DNA from: Lama guanicoe
Taxonomy: Eukaryota
Length of the DNA: 64,000 bases
Direction: 5' to 3'
NCBI GenBank assembly: GCA_013239625.1
Contig: MU053557.1
Span: 3,564,123 to 3,628,122, forward strand
The notes beneath the pieces are model-generated. The model was given only the letters and a program-made list of their open reading frames with translations, did no database searches and was not told the origin of the DNA. The number at the start of each line of letters is the position of its first letter. Positions within the stretch are counted from its first letter, which is position 1. Of this stretch, positions 37,630 through 49,592 are shown one piece after another. A program made the translations under genes and the position numbers.

Positions 37630-38650
37630 TTATGAAAGTGACGACAACAAATGCTGGCGAGGATATAGAAAAGTTGCATCATTCCGACATTGCTGGTGCA
37701 GATGTAAAATCTTACCGCTACTCTGGAAAAATACTTCGACTGTTTCTTAAAAAACTAAACAGGGAGCTACCATACAACCCGGCAATTGTAGTCCTAGGCA
37801 TAGATCCAGAGAAACCACATTTATGTTTATGCAAAGCCTGCATGCAAATGTTCATAGCAGTTTTATTTGTAATAATCAACACCTAGAAACCACCCAGTTG
37901 TCCTTGAATGGATGAACGGTTAAACAAACTGCTGTACATCTATCTATAGGATTGGAATACTAGCAGCAGTAAACAGAACGAACTCTTTTTTTTTTAATCT
38001 TTCCTCTGGTGAAAAGTAAATTTATTTATTTATTTATTTTTTTTTTCCTATATAAACATTTTTTATTGATTTGTAATAATTTTACAATGCTGTGTCAAAT
38101 TCCAGTGTAGAGTACAATTTTTCAGTTATACATGAACATACCTACATTCATTGTCACATTCTCTTTCGCTGTGAGCCACCACGAGATCCTGTATATATTT
38201 CCCTGTGCTACACAGTACAATCTTGTTTATTCTACATTTTGGAGAATGAACTATTGATACACACAGCAACCTGGGTGAATCTTCAGAGAATTATGCTACA
38301 TGAAAAAAAGTCAGTCCCCAAATTCCATTTGTATAAGCATAAACATTCTCAAAGGGACAAAATTATGGAAAAGGAAAACAGATTTGTGAGTTCCAGAAGC
38401 TAAGAAAGGGGCAGGAGTATGAGGAAGCCAGTGTGCTATCTCAGGGCTTCCTGAGAGATGTTTATGGTGATGGAAATGTTTTGTATTTTATCTGTATCGA
38501 TGTCTATATACTGGGTTTAATATTGTAGCAGAGTTTTGCAAGATGTTGCTGTTTGAGGAAATAGTAGAGAATATCAAGATCTCTCTAGTATTTGTTACAA
38601 CCATGTGTGACTCTGTGATTATCTCAACATAAAAGTTTTACTTAAAAAAA
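37630..38650 (+). mobile_element. Old L1 3' fragment with nested antisense young L1 3' end (~37986-38240)
   Basis: L1 ORF2-end remnants; nested element flanked by agaacgaact / agaatgaact. Confidence 0.8.
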
Positions 38651-41600
38651 TTGTGAAGATAATCAGAATATAGAAATATATATTATATGCAATTTAATTA
38701 ATATAAGTTACATAACTGTGATATATAATATGTATTTCTAATTATATATGTATAACTGTGTATATAATTCTCTGTGTGTATAATTACATATGTAACTTTC
38801 ATTCCTTTCTCCCATAAATCCCACGGACTAGAAGAAACCCATGAACAGAGCTACAGGATTTTTCAAAACATTTTCTAACATTTTTTAAAGGCATGCATAT
38901 ATGAATAAGCCATATTTTATTTTAACTGACATCTATGTAAATATTTAAATCATTCCTAGTATATTTTTGTTATTATAAAGAGTTCTACAGTAAACATCCA
39001 TAGATTTACATTTATTTCTGTATTTCATTCTTTCTTTTTTCAGGATGGATTTAAGAGCTGTTTTTTTAATCTGTGTTTTTTTAATTCAATTTTCAATTTT
39101 ATTTATTTATTTATTTATTATTTATTATTTATTAATTAATTAATTTATTTATTTTTAATAGACTTTATTTTTTTTAGAGCAGTTTCAGGTTTACAGCAGA
39201 ATTGAGCAGAAAATACAGAGTCCCCACCCACACATATATACTCCCCTACCCTCAGCATCCCTCATCAGTGTGGCATATTTGGTACAATCAGTGAACCAAC
39301 ATGGGCACATTATCATCAACCAAAGTCCATATTTTACATTAGGGTTCACTCTTGATGTTGTACATTTTTTTTTGTATTTATTTCTTCAGAAAAATCTTGT
39401 GAGTAGAATTGCTAGGCCAAGAATTATTTAGTGTTTAAAATTTTGATTACTGACAAATTTCCATTTAAAGGAGCAGTTGGGATATGAGGTCATTGAGATC
39501 AGAGAAGAGTCATTTCCAAAGATGGATTAGGGACCCAAGACAGTGCTTAGGATGTGGTCGTTGCCTGATCACATTCCCTCCATATCCAGTGAGAACATCT
39601 GCACCATGTCTGTGGCTCCATCACCAGTCATGACTATTTTCTAAAAATTGTATTTTTCCTTTAATAGTTTAATAACTTTTCCTTTCCCACCAGATTTGGC
39701 TGTTGCCTGCATCTCATCAAAACCTGCATATTCACCATTAAAGTAGCATTTCAGCCTATTGGCAAATACATTGGTTGAAGGGATGTTGAGCTATGAAGTT
39801 CTACAGTGCTCCCAAAGCCACCAGACATTAGGAAAAGCTGAACATTTCGCTCGAGTAGGTGACCTACTAGCTCCCTTATGCCGAGGGTCAGTGTGGGAGG
39901 TGCTTTGCTATCAGCTGTTTGCACCTGTTCCCTGGAGGAATAGATGAGAGCTAAGCACCGAGAACCTGAGAAAGCGATAAATTCCTTTTTTGGCTTGATA
40001 TGTTAGAGGGTCTGGAGATGTAATGTATGAATCCTAATATTTCTGGCCTCCATGTTTAAGTCAAGTAATACGAATGAACAGGTCAGTAAGTAAAACTTAT
40101 TTGCTATGGTTTTTTAATTTTTGGAAAAGAACCAGTTGAAAAGCTTACAGGCTGATTAACAGACAGCAGGGAGCGCTCATAGGCTGTTAGCAGTGTTAAA
40201 GAAGACATTTTATTTTTATATCTATTCAAGATCTATAATAAGAAATCTCAGCACCTTCTATTGTGTTAAAAATTTCACTGGGAAACACAAATAATGAAAA
40301 TTATTTGATGTTCCTCCTTTCTATTAAGTACCTCTGGCTTTATTTTGAGCATTTTTGTACAGTGCATTCTTTGCTCTGCCACTGGCTAGGTTTGTGTCTT
40401 TGTCAAATGAGAACTTTTTCCTGATTAAGTAACAGTAACCACTAATATGACTAAAAGTCACAGTAATGGTTGTTGGTTATTAATTATATTCTCTATATAT
40501 TTTTAACTCAAATATGGTGGTGATTGAATATTGATATCTTTGCCAAAAATTGATAAACAAAATGAACAAGGCCCCACAGATTTTGCAGTGTAAAGACACA
40601 GAAATTGTGCAAGTCAGCAGGTAAATAGATGACAAATTATGATCAGGACAATAAAAGAGGAGAATAGGATTTTAAGAATGGTAATAGTGACAAGTTCCAT
40701 GTTTTATTTTGAGTGGTCAAGAAAGTCTTCTTTGGAAGTGTCATCTAAATTGGGACTTGAGGTTGTGAAGAACCCATCTGGGTCAATGAATATTCTTGAC
40801 CCAGGTTCCTGAATATGCAAATATCCTGAGGACAAGGAGAACTTGGCTTCCACAAAGAACCAAAAGAGTATTTGTGTGGCTAAAATCCATGGGCAGGCTC
40901 AGAGGGATGTGAGATGAGGGAGGATGGGTAGGCAAAGGTGAAACCATGCACTGGGTGTCATGGGAACAGGCACTGGTTTTTTCCTAAGAGCCAGGAGAGT
41001 CCTAGACAGCTTTGTGTACAATATCCCCATCTCTAAGAATGGCACCACCACACATCCAGTTATATTAGTCAGACACCTGGGGGTCATTCTGAAACCTTCA
41101 TTTCCCTGACACATCATATCCACCTCATCACCTCATCCTACCAAGCTCACCTCCTGCTATTTTCTTGAATCCTCCCCTGGGGCTCCATATGCACCAACAC
41201 TCCCTCATCCAAGTCTCTCAAATCTCTTGCAACAGCTTTCTAGCAGGCTTCCTGCTTCTACTCTGGACCCCTCAGTCTGGTCCTCACAGCAGCCAAGTGA
41301 TCATTCTCAATCTAATGCTTAAAACCTTTTGGTGTGGCTTTCCACTATTCTTGGAGTTAGGAAGGAAGTCCTGACCACGCCTACGAGGACCTGGAGGCCT
41401 AGCACTTGCTTTCCTCCCCAGCCCTCATTCGTTCCCCAGCCGCCTTGACCTTCAGGCACTGATGAAGCCTGATACAGGGCTTTTGTTAATGCTGTCCAGT
41501 CTTAACTGCTTCCTCTTCATTTACTTCTCCTGAATTTATTTTCATTACCTCCTTGTCATTTTTTTCCCAGATCACAGATCAAGTCTCACGCTCTTAGGAA

Positions 41601-42689
41601 ATCCTCTTCCCTGTCGAAGTGAGATACTTAGTTAGAGCCTCAAATAGAATTATGTTCCCTCCTTCCTGAGCATGTCTCTCAAAAATAATTATATACTTAA
41701 GTATGACTAATACCTGGAGCAGAGTAACATTCAATAAGTGTCTTATGATCAAATGAGTGAGTCACATGAAGTAACATGCACCCATTAGATGATCCATTTT
41801 CTAGATATTCTCAAAGCTGTTTTATTGAAAGAAAGGATAGGAGATGCATTAAGTTCCCTCCAGTACTGACGCCATGGTAGGGACTTTGGGACTGGGGACA
41901 GAGTGATGCTGTGGACCGAGTCCTCAGGCTGCTGCCTCAGGGCAGCAGAGTTGTGTTGGAGGTTAGAACAACCTCCCACTCAGCCTCTATCAGCTCTCAT
42001 ATCTCAGGCATGGTGTTGATTAGCTTCCCTGAGCCTCAGTTTCCTCACCTGTCATGTGGAGAAAATAATGCCAGACCAGGTGATTTCAACTGTCCTGCAA
42101 TTATAAGGTCACAGTGAGATGACAGTGTGAAGGGATCCTAAACGAAAAACCCTATGAAGATGCGAGAGATTCTCGATTTCTAAAAACAGGTGTCCCTGCT
42201 GCTGCAGAGACAGATCTTATCAGAGGGTGGGAAGAGAGGTAACAAAGGGTAGGGAGAGGAAACATGCATAGTAAAGCCATTGGGAAATCTTTAAAATCTC
42301 TCTAGGTCGATGGAGATCTCAGATTGGTATTTCTTGAAAGTGCACCAAATCCTGTACTGACTTGGTACCGGCTTTTTTGTTGTTGTTTGTTTTGTTTTGT
42401 TTTGCTCTATTACCAACATGCAAGAATGATTTCAAGTTGTACAAGAAACAGATGAAGATACAGACAGAAGCTCTGATAGGGCGGGTCTCTCTCACATAGG
42501 GAGGACACTGAGTTTTTACTCATAGTCAGTCTATTTCCCAGGCACAGATTAGGCACTCAGTGTCCAAAGAGAGATTTGGGGGTCACATTTGTCAGGGAGA
42601 AGCAGTCTGACGTCAGATGCTGAATATAATGGAAATCTGGTAACTTTCATTTAAGAGGATATGACGTTTAAAATCAGCACAGCCTTGAA

Positions 42690-44045
42690 ACAATCAACAA
42701 AATGAAATGCTAACCTATGGAATGGGAAAAATTATTTGCAAATCATATCTGGTAAGGAATTAACTTTTAAAATATATAAGGAACTCATAATATAGGAAAA
42801 AAATTTTATTAGAAAATGGGAAAAAGTCCTGAATAAACATTTTTCCAAAAAAGACATACACATGGCTGACAGGTTTATGAAAATTTGCTCAACATCACTA
42901 ATCATCAAGAAAATACAAATCAATGCCCTAATGGGCTATTACCTCACACCTGTTAGAATGGCTGTCAGGAGTTTGGGGTTAACAGATACACACTACTGTA
43001 TATAAAACAGATGAACAACAAGGACCTACTGTACAGCACAGGGGACTATATTAAATCTCCTATAATAAGCCATAATGGAAAAGAAACTGAAAAAAAAAAT
43101 ATATGTATGTATATGTATAACTGAATTGCTTTGCTGTCTACCTGAAACTAACATTGTAAATTGACCACACTGAAATAAAAAATAAGAATTAAAAAAAAAA
43201 GATAAGAGGTAACAAGTGCTGACAGGGATATGGAGAGAAGGGAACCCTCGTGCATTGTTGGAGGGAATATAAATCGGTGCAGCCACTATGGAAAATAGTA
43301 TGGAGTTTACTCAAAACAGTAAGAATAGAACTACCATATGATCCAGCAATCCTACTTCTGGGTATATATCCAAGGGAAATAGCATCACCATCTCAAAGAG
43401 ATATCTGCACCTCCATGTACATTGCAGCATTAATTACAACAGACAAAACATGGAAACATCCTTTGCTGATGGATGAATGGATAAAGAAGATGTGGTGTGT
43501 ATACACACACACACATACACACATACACATACACAATGGAATATTATTCACCCTTAAAAAAGAAAGAAATCCTGCCATTTACAGTAATATAGATGAACTG
43601 TGAGGGCATTATGCTAAGTGAAGTGAGTTAGACAAAGAAAGACAAATACTATATGACCTCACTTATATGTGAAATCTTAAAAAAAAAAAGAAAGAAAATG
43701 GAATTCATCAAAATAGAGAGTAGATTGGTGGTTGCCAGGGGCAGAGGAGGAGGTGGGAGAAATAGGTGAAGCTGATCAAAGTTTATAAACTTCCAGTTAT
43801 AAGATCAGTAAGTTGGAGATCTAATGTACAGCATGGTGACTACAGTTGATATTGTATACTTGAAAGTTGCTAAGAAAGTAGATCTTAAAAGTTCTTATTA
43901 CAAAAAAGAAATAGAAACCATGTGAAGTGATGGATGTGTTAACTAACCTTGTTGTGGTAATCATTTAAAAATATATACATATATCAAATCATCATGTTGT
44001 ACATCTTAAATTTACAGTGTTATATGTCAATCATATTTCAATGAA
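42690..44045 (+). mobile_element. L1 3' fragment with nested L1 3' end (~42967-43200)
   Basis: [13 protein letters not shown]...[15 protein letters not shown]...WIKKMW remnants and 3' UTR. Confidence 0.85.
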
Positions 44046-45019
44046 TTTGAGACTACAAAGAAACTAGAAGTCTCTGGAAAATGCAGTGGGGTGGATTGTC
44101 TAAATTTATCGCAGAAAGTAATACGTATTTTTCAGTATTTAGGAGGTGTTCACTCTTTGTTGAGCTATCTACATTATTAAAGGTTCTTTGTGTTGCATGC
44201 AAACCTATCCTGGCTTAGTATAAATAGGAAGACAAATAAACAAAAGATCTATTGACAATATGCTGAAGTTGCTTTCAGGGTCCTGGGAAGGACAGGACCC
44301 AGGACCACTCTTCAGAACTCAGTAGCAGAAGCACATAGATCTTTTATTCTAGACTAGAGCACTGCCATAATTGTCCTTGTGCTTTATGATTTTAGTCTTG
44401 TCATACTGTCCATGTTTAATGATTCTGGGAGCATCTTCCTGGTTCAGCTGGGTCGGGTCTGCCAATGGTTCAGTCCTCCATGACCAAGTGGGCAAGAACC
44501 ACACCAGTGGCCACTGAGGACCCGCGTCTGTGTAATGAGGTGGTAGAAAAAGTGAAAAGCACTAGACTTTTCAAGGACTCCTCCATCCACCCTTTTCAAG
44601 TGTCTTCCAGGGCACTCTGCTATTCTATGAGAATAACAAAGACTGTGGGACAGCAATAACCTTGTCAATTAAAAAAAAAAAGGTCAGTTTTTAGTCTACT
44701 GGTCCAGGAGAGTGGGCTCAGATTTTTTGAAAGACTTTTCCAAAAAGGTTTCATGAAAGTTTTAGCTCTGAAATTTAGAGTTTTTAGGGGTTAAGAGCTT
44801 GTTCTTTGGAGTAAGGTTCAAATCCTCCTTCTGTCATTTACTGGCTGTGTAACTTTGGACTTATCACATTACCTGAACTTTAGTTTTCTCAATTAGAAAT
44901 GTTCTTTGGTTATTCTGGATAATGCTAATTTTATATATTTCATATTTTTGGCATCGTTAAAAACTGTAAACATGCTTAGGAAAAATTACTCCCACCAATA
45001 AAATGCTTAATGCACTAGG

Positions 45020-45243
45020 ATATGTGACCCCAAAGTAGACACATTTATTCTGGCGTCTAGACGCAAAAATGTAAACTCAAGGTGTTCGAAGTAAGCTGTG
45101 TTGGATTGAAGCCCAGGCCTGAATCCTGAGAATTTTCTGGGTGCTGCTTTGAGGCCTCTGTCCTGGAGGACTTGTGAAACCAAAGAACTGGAAAAGCAGG
45201 CTTTGGCTGCCCTTGGCTTGTTCTGGAGCCCTGTGGGTGTGTC
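45020..45243 (-). other. C5orf46: C5orf46 non-coding last exon (3' UTR) with AATAAA on - at 45044-45049
   Basis: Acceptor gtgtttgtttctaag then GACACACCC...; resembles the human C5orf46 3' UTR as I recall it; 3' end approximate. Confidence 0.75.
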
Positions 45244-48200
45244 CTTAGAAACAAACACAGGCCAGAGAGACGGAAACAATTACCAGCGGAGACAGTTTAA
45301 GACTTGAGGGAAAATACAAAGATATTTAAATCTTTTCTTTAATATTTGTATGCCTCTGCACTTTAGAATGTGAGATGATTAATAATGAAATCAACTACAA
45401 TGCGTATTTGAAGAAACAAACAACAACAAGAAGAACGAAAATGCAAGATATAGAAGGCAAGAGTCAACAAGAGGGCTGAAGGGAGCACGCACATACGTTA
45501 GACACCAGGACAAACTGAGTCATCAGCTTCACTTTGAGTGTCTGACTAGACAGGAAAAATAAATAGATGAAGTAGACCAAGCTACACAAATCTTATAATC
45601 AGAAAAGAGGAAGCGGTCCTTAGGGAAGGCACATTTTCTTCTTGCTCTAAGTTCTAAAAGAAATTCTCAGCAGGCTTCCTGGAGTGGATATTGAGTGATG
45701 TCATGGCCGTCTGCAGGTTTGCTCATTAGCTACATGAGGTGTTCCTGTTAACTTTATTTATTCCTAGCTCCCTCCCTAGGAAGTTCTTACTCAGTAAGTC
45801 TAAATATGGCATCTGGTATGTCCAAGTATATTTTTTCTTAATTCAAAAAATGTATATAGACGTTAAAAATTCACAAAGTGCTTTCCCATCTTTTACTTCT
45901 TTGATAATCTTAATAGTCTAGTGAGGCTCATTAGATTCTTTTCTTGTTTGTTTTAACACAAAAAAGGAAATTTATACTTTAAGATGTCAAATGACCTAAG
46001 ATACTGGGAGACTTGAGCCCCCATGATTTCAAGTGATGCAGGACATTAGAAGTTAAGATTGTATAAGTCTTTTAACATAAGGAAATCATGCCAATGTGAT
46101 TGAGCAGAAGTTGGGAGACTCTCAGACTAATTAGGTGTCTAACTGTTGGATGATTTGCTTTTGAGAATTTGCCCCTTTCTGCTCATCATCTGAGACTGCA
46201 TGCAGAAATTCAACTTCTTTGTAAAGCCCTCTTAATACCTACCCCTTCCTTCAGGTCTTCCTTTGTGACTCCTTTCTCCAAGGCATGGCCATGGCACTTT
46301 TACATAGAACTTTTTATTCTTTCCCTGCACAGTCCCCGGTTGCACCATGCTAGGTGATAGCCCAAGCTATAAACTTCTTAATGTTGGGATGGTGTTGCTC
46401 ATCTTGGTAGCACCAGCAGAATCTGACTCATAGTAGGCATGGGTTAAATAAGCATTAAATGAATATGTAAGAAAGAGGCATATGTTGTAGGAGAAAGATG
46501 GAAAATCTATCTTTTAATCTACCTATCTCAATTTAGGAAATACCTAGAATACCACATTTTCTACTCGGCATTCCTGTGAATCACTAATTCTAAAATGAAT
46601 TGCTTTTGATTAGATGAGGCAATTATCATGCAGATGCATCTTTTGAAACTGTTTATTAAATGAACAGTCACTGGGGTTTAAAGAGACACCTCTGATCAAA
46701 CCATCCAAAATTTAATCTCTGCCTTAGAGACTTCCTTTTCCCTAGTCAAGGATTTTTTCAATCCCTAGAGAGAGCCATTCCTCTCTGCCCATAAGGGCAT
46801 CTACAGTTGGTTCATGAATCCACTCAAGGCTTTTTTTATATGCAGTTAAATAAAAATTCTGGCATTAAGATCCGGATCAAGTTCCTAACATTTTTAAATA
46901 TTAATGAGTAAAGTGAGACTCAAGGGGACCAACTGACTTCCCCTTAGTCACACAAACAATAAATGGCCAAGACAGAAGTTGAACTTACATCTTCTCTGTG
47001 CCTCTTGCTCTTTCTACTCATTCATGTTGCTTTGCCTATTGAACTGTCTCATACCTTGAGCCTCTAGGGTGGCACTCTGAAGAGTCAGGGTGTGGGCACC
47101 AATGATCCTGAAGGAGGTATGTACTGAATGCAGCCTGAATGAAGACAAAGGGTTAGAACACCTGCAACAGGAGGTAGGCTGTTCCCTGAGTAGATGGGAA
47201 TGGAAAAATTCAAACATAAGTGAGTGTTTTTAGAAGCTTAGCTGGCTTTGGGGTGAGGTACAGGTGTGTCTGGGTTGGGTATATTTTGATTGCAATGCCT
47301 CAGCCTGATTTCCATCCTTAGAAGCTTATGGAAGAGAGTGGGCTAAATTCCAGAGTAATATGACAGTAGCTTTCTAAGCTTACACTAATCAATCCCTTGT
47401 TATGAAATGGAGCCAGTAGGGGAAAGGAGCATTCCCAGCCCAAATACAAAATAGAAGTTGGGAAAGGCCATGATTCTAGGAGATGCATGTAAGGTAACTC
47501 AGCTAACCCAAGGTGTAGTGTTTTATTTCCATGGGCACTAGAAGCATGCCTAAGATTACACAGTTTAATCACTATTTTCTACTGCCCCCTCCTACATGAT
47601 TCTCTGTTCTCCAGTAGCTCTACTCATTAGTGGTTGAGCACAGACTCTGGAATCAGGTTACTTGAATTCAGATCCACCCCCTCCTCTCTTATTAACTTGG
47701 CCACATTAATTAAGCTCCCTGAGGCTTGGTTTTCTTATTTATAAAATTTAAGAATAACAGTACCTACTTTTCACAGGGAACATTAGAATTAAATTAGGTC
47801 CTACATATACAGCACTTAGCTTAATGCCTAAAACAGGTAATTACTTTCCCAGGTCTAACGTTTCTGTTATATTTCGATATCTATTTTCAGGAGAGAAGTG
47901 GATAAGGAAACAGCAGGTATCTCTGAGCACTCAAACCAGACTGCATGGGAATCAAACTGTGCAGGATTAGAGAGCTTTCTAGTCCTTTCTCCTGGAATTA
48001 GGTTTGGCAAATCTCGTTCCTCTCATGAGTAACTCAACGCATGATTACAAGGGTCCTTAGATTTTAGTGCATACAAGCCCCTCACTTAACAGGTGGAAAT
48101 TGCACAAATTAAGTTCCAAGCAGAGTTGTGACAGGATAAGGTCTCTGAATTTGCAGCTTAGTTGTTTCACCCCACAATTGTGCTTCTTCCCCTAAAAGAA

Positions 48201-48272
48201 TTTTATTGAGTCAGTGATTTAAGATGATAAAAATACATCTATTTAAATTAATTTTTAAAAATGACTGCAAAA

Positions 48273-49372
48273 GTGACATTCTCCAGGAGCATCCATGTTG
48301 CTGCAAATGGCATTATTTTGTCTGTTTTTATGGCTGAGTAGTATTCCATTGTATAAATATACCACATCTTCTTTATCCAGTCACCTGTTGATGGACATTT
48401 AGGCTGTTTCCACGTTTTGGCTATTGTAAATAGTGCTGCTATGAACATTGGGGTGCAGGTGTCATCCTGAAGTAGGGTTCCTTCTGGATACAAGCCCAGG
48501 AGTGGGATTCTTGGGTCATACAATAAGTCTATTCCTAGTCTTTTGAGGAATCTCCACACTGTTTTCCACAGTGGCTGCACCAAACTGCATTCCCACCAGC
48601 AGTGTAGGAGGGTTCCCCTTTCTCCACAGCCTCTCCAGCATTTGTCATTTGTGGATTTTTGACTGACGGCCATTCTGACTGGTGTGAGGTGATACCTCAT
48701 TGTAGTTTTGATTTGCATTTCTCTGATAATTAGTGATATTGAGCATTTTTTCATGTGCCTTTTGATCATTTGTATGTCTTCCTTGGAGAATTGCTTGTTT
48801 AGGTCTTCTGCCCATTTTTGGATTGGGTTGTTTATTTTTTTCTAATTGAGTCGTATGAGCTGCTTATATATTCTGGAGATCAAGCCTTTGTTGGTTTCAT
48901 TTGCAAAAATTTTCTCCCATTCCGTAGGTTGTCTTTTTGTTTTACTTCTGGTTTCCTTTGCTGTGCAGAAATACCATATGAGATTGCTCATATGTGGAAT
49001 CTAAAGAACAAAAGCAAAAACAAACAAACAAACAAAAACAAAGCATAAATATAGGACAGAAATAGACTCATAGACAGAGAATACAGACTTGTGGTTGCCA
49101 CGGGTGTGGAGGGTGGGAAGGGATAGACTGGGATTTCAAAATTGTAGAATAGATAAACAAGATTATACTGTATAGCACAGGGAAATATACACAAAATGTT
49201 ATGATAACTCACAGAGAAAAAAATGTGACAATGAGTGTGTATATGTCCAGGAATGACTGAAAAATTGTGCTGAACACTGGAATTTGACACAACATTGTAA
49301 AATGGTTATAAATCAATAAAAAATGTAAAAAAAATAAATAAAATCATATTAAATTTTTTTAATGACCTCAAA
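48273..49372. mobile_element. Young 5'-inverted (twin-primed) L1 in C5orf46 intron 3
   Basis: Minus-strand ORF2 C-terminus 48273-~48968 with an uninterrupted reading frame, then plus-strand 3' UTR and A-tail; TSD aaaaatgactgcaaaa at 48257-48272 and 49373-49388. Confidence 0.9.
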
Positions 49373-49543
49373 AAAAATGACTGCAAAAAAAAGAACAAAG
49401 CAAAAACAAAAACAAAAAAATAAGCCTTTTCTGCTTATGGGTAGATATGGGTGCCCATACTCATTAAATAAATCAAACCCTTTTCCTTTGTTCAGTACTC
49501 TTCTTTTGGTGGTAAATGTTAAAGTTAAAATCACCTGGGGAAG

Positions 49544-49592
49544 TCACTTTGATGAATGTTCTTCTCGCTTATCACCAAAGTCCATATAATCT
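49544..49592 (-). CDS. C5orf46: C5orf46 exon 3 coding part (DYMDFGDKREEHSSK*)
   Basis: Acceptor tttttttcccaag; phase matches exon 2; ends HSSK* like the human protein; donor gtgatt 9 nt after the stop; total CDS 267 nt = 88 aa. Confidence 0.9.

Larger units (their letters stand above)
27540..42496. repeat. Right arm of large inverted segmental duplication (more complete, probably ancestral)
   Basis: See left arm. It retains segments missing on the left (~31150-31780, ~34470-40735, 41322-42107). Confidence 0.9.

Noticed and set aside
38680..39160. AT-rich quasi-repeats and (TTTA)n
   Set aside because: Low-complexity sequence and retroelement tails; no array or CRISPR-like organisation.
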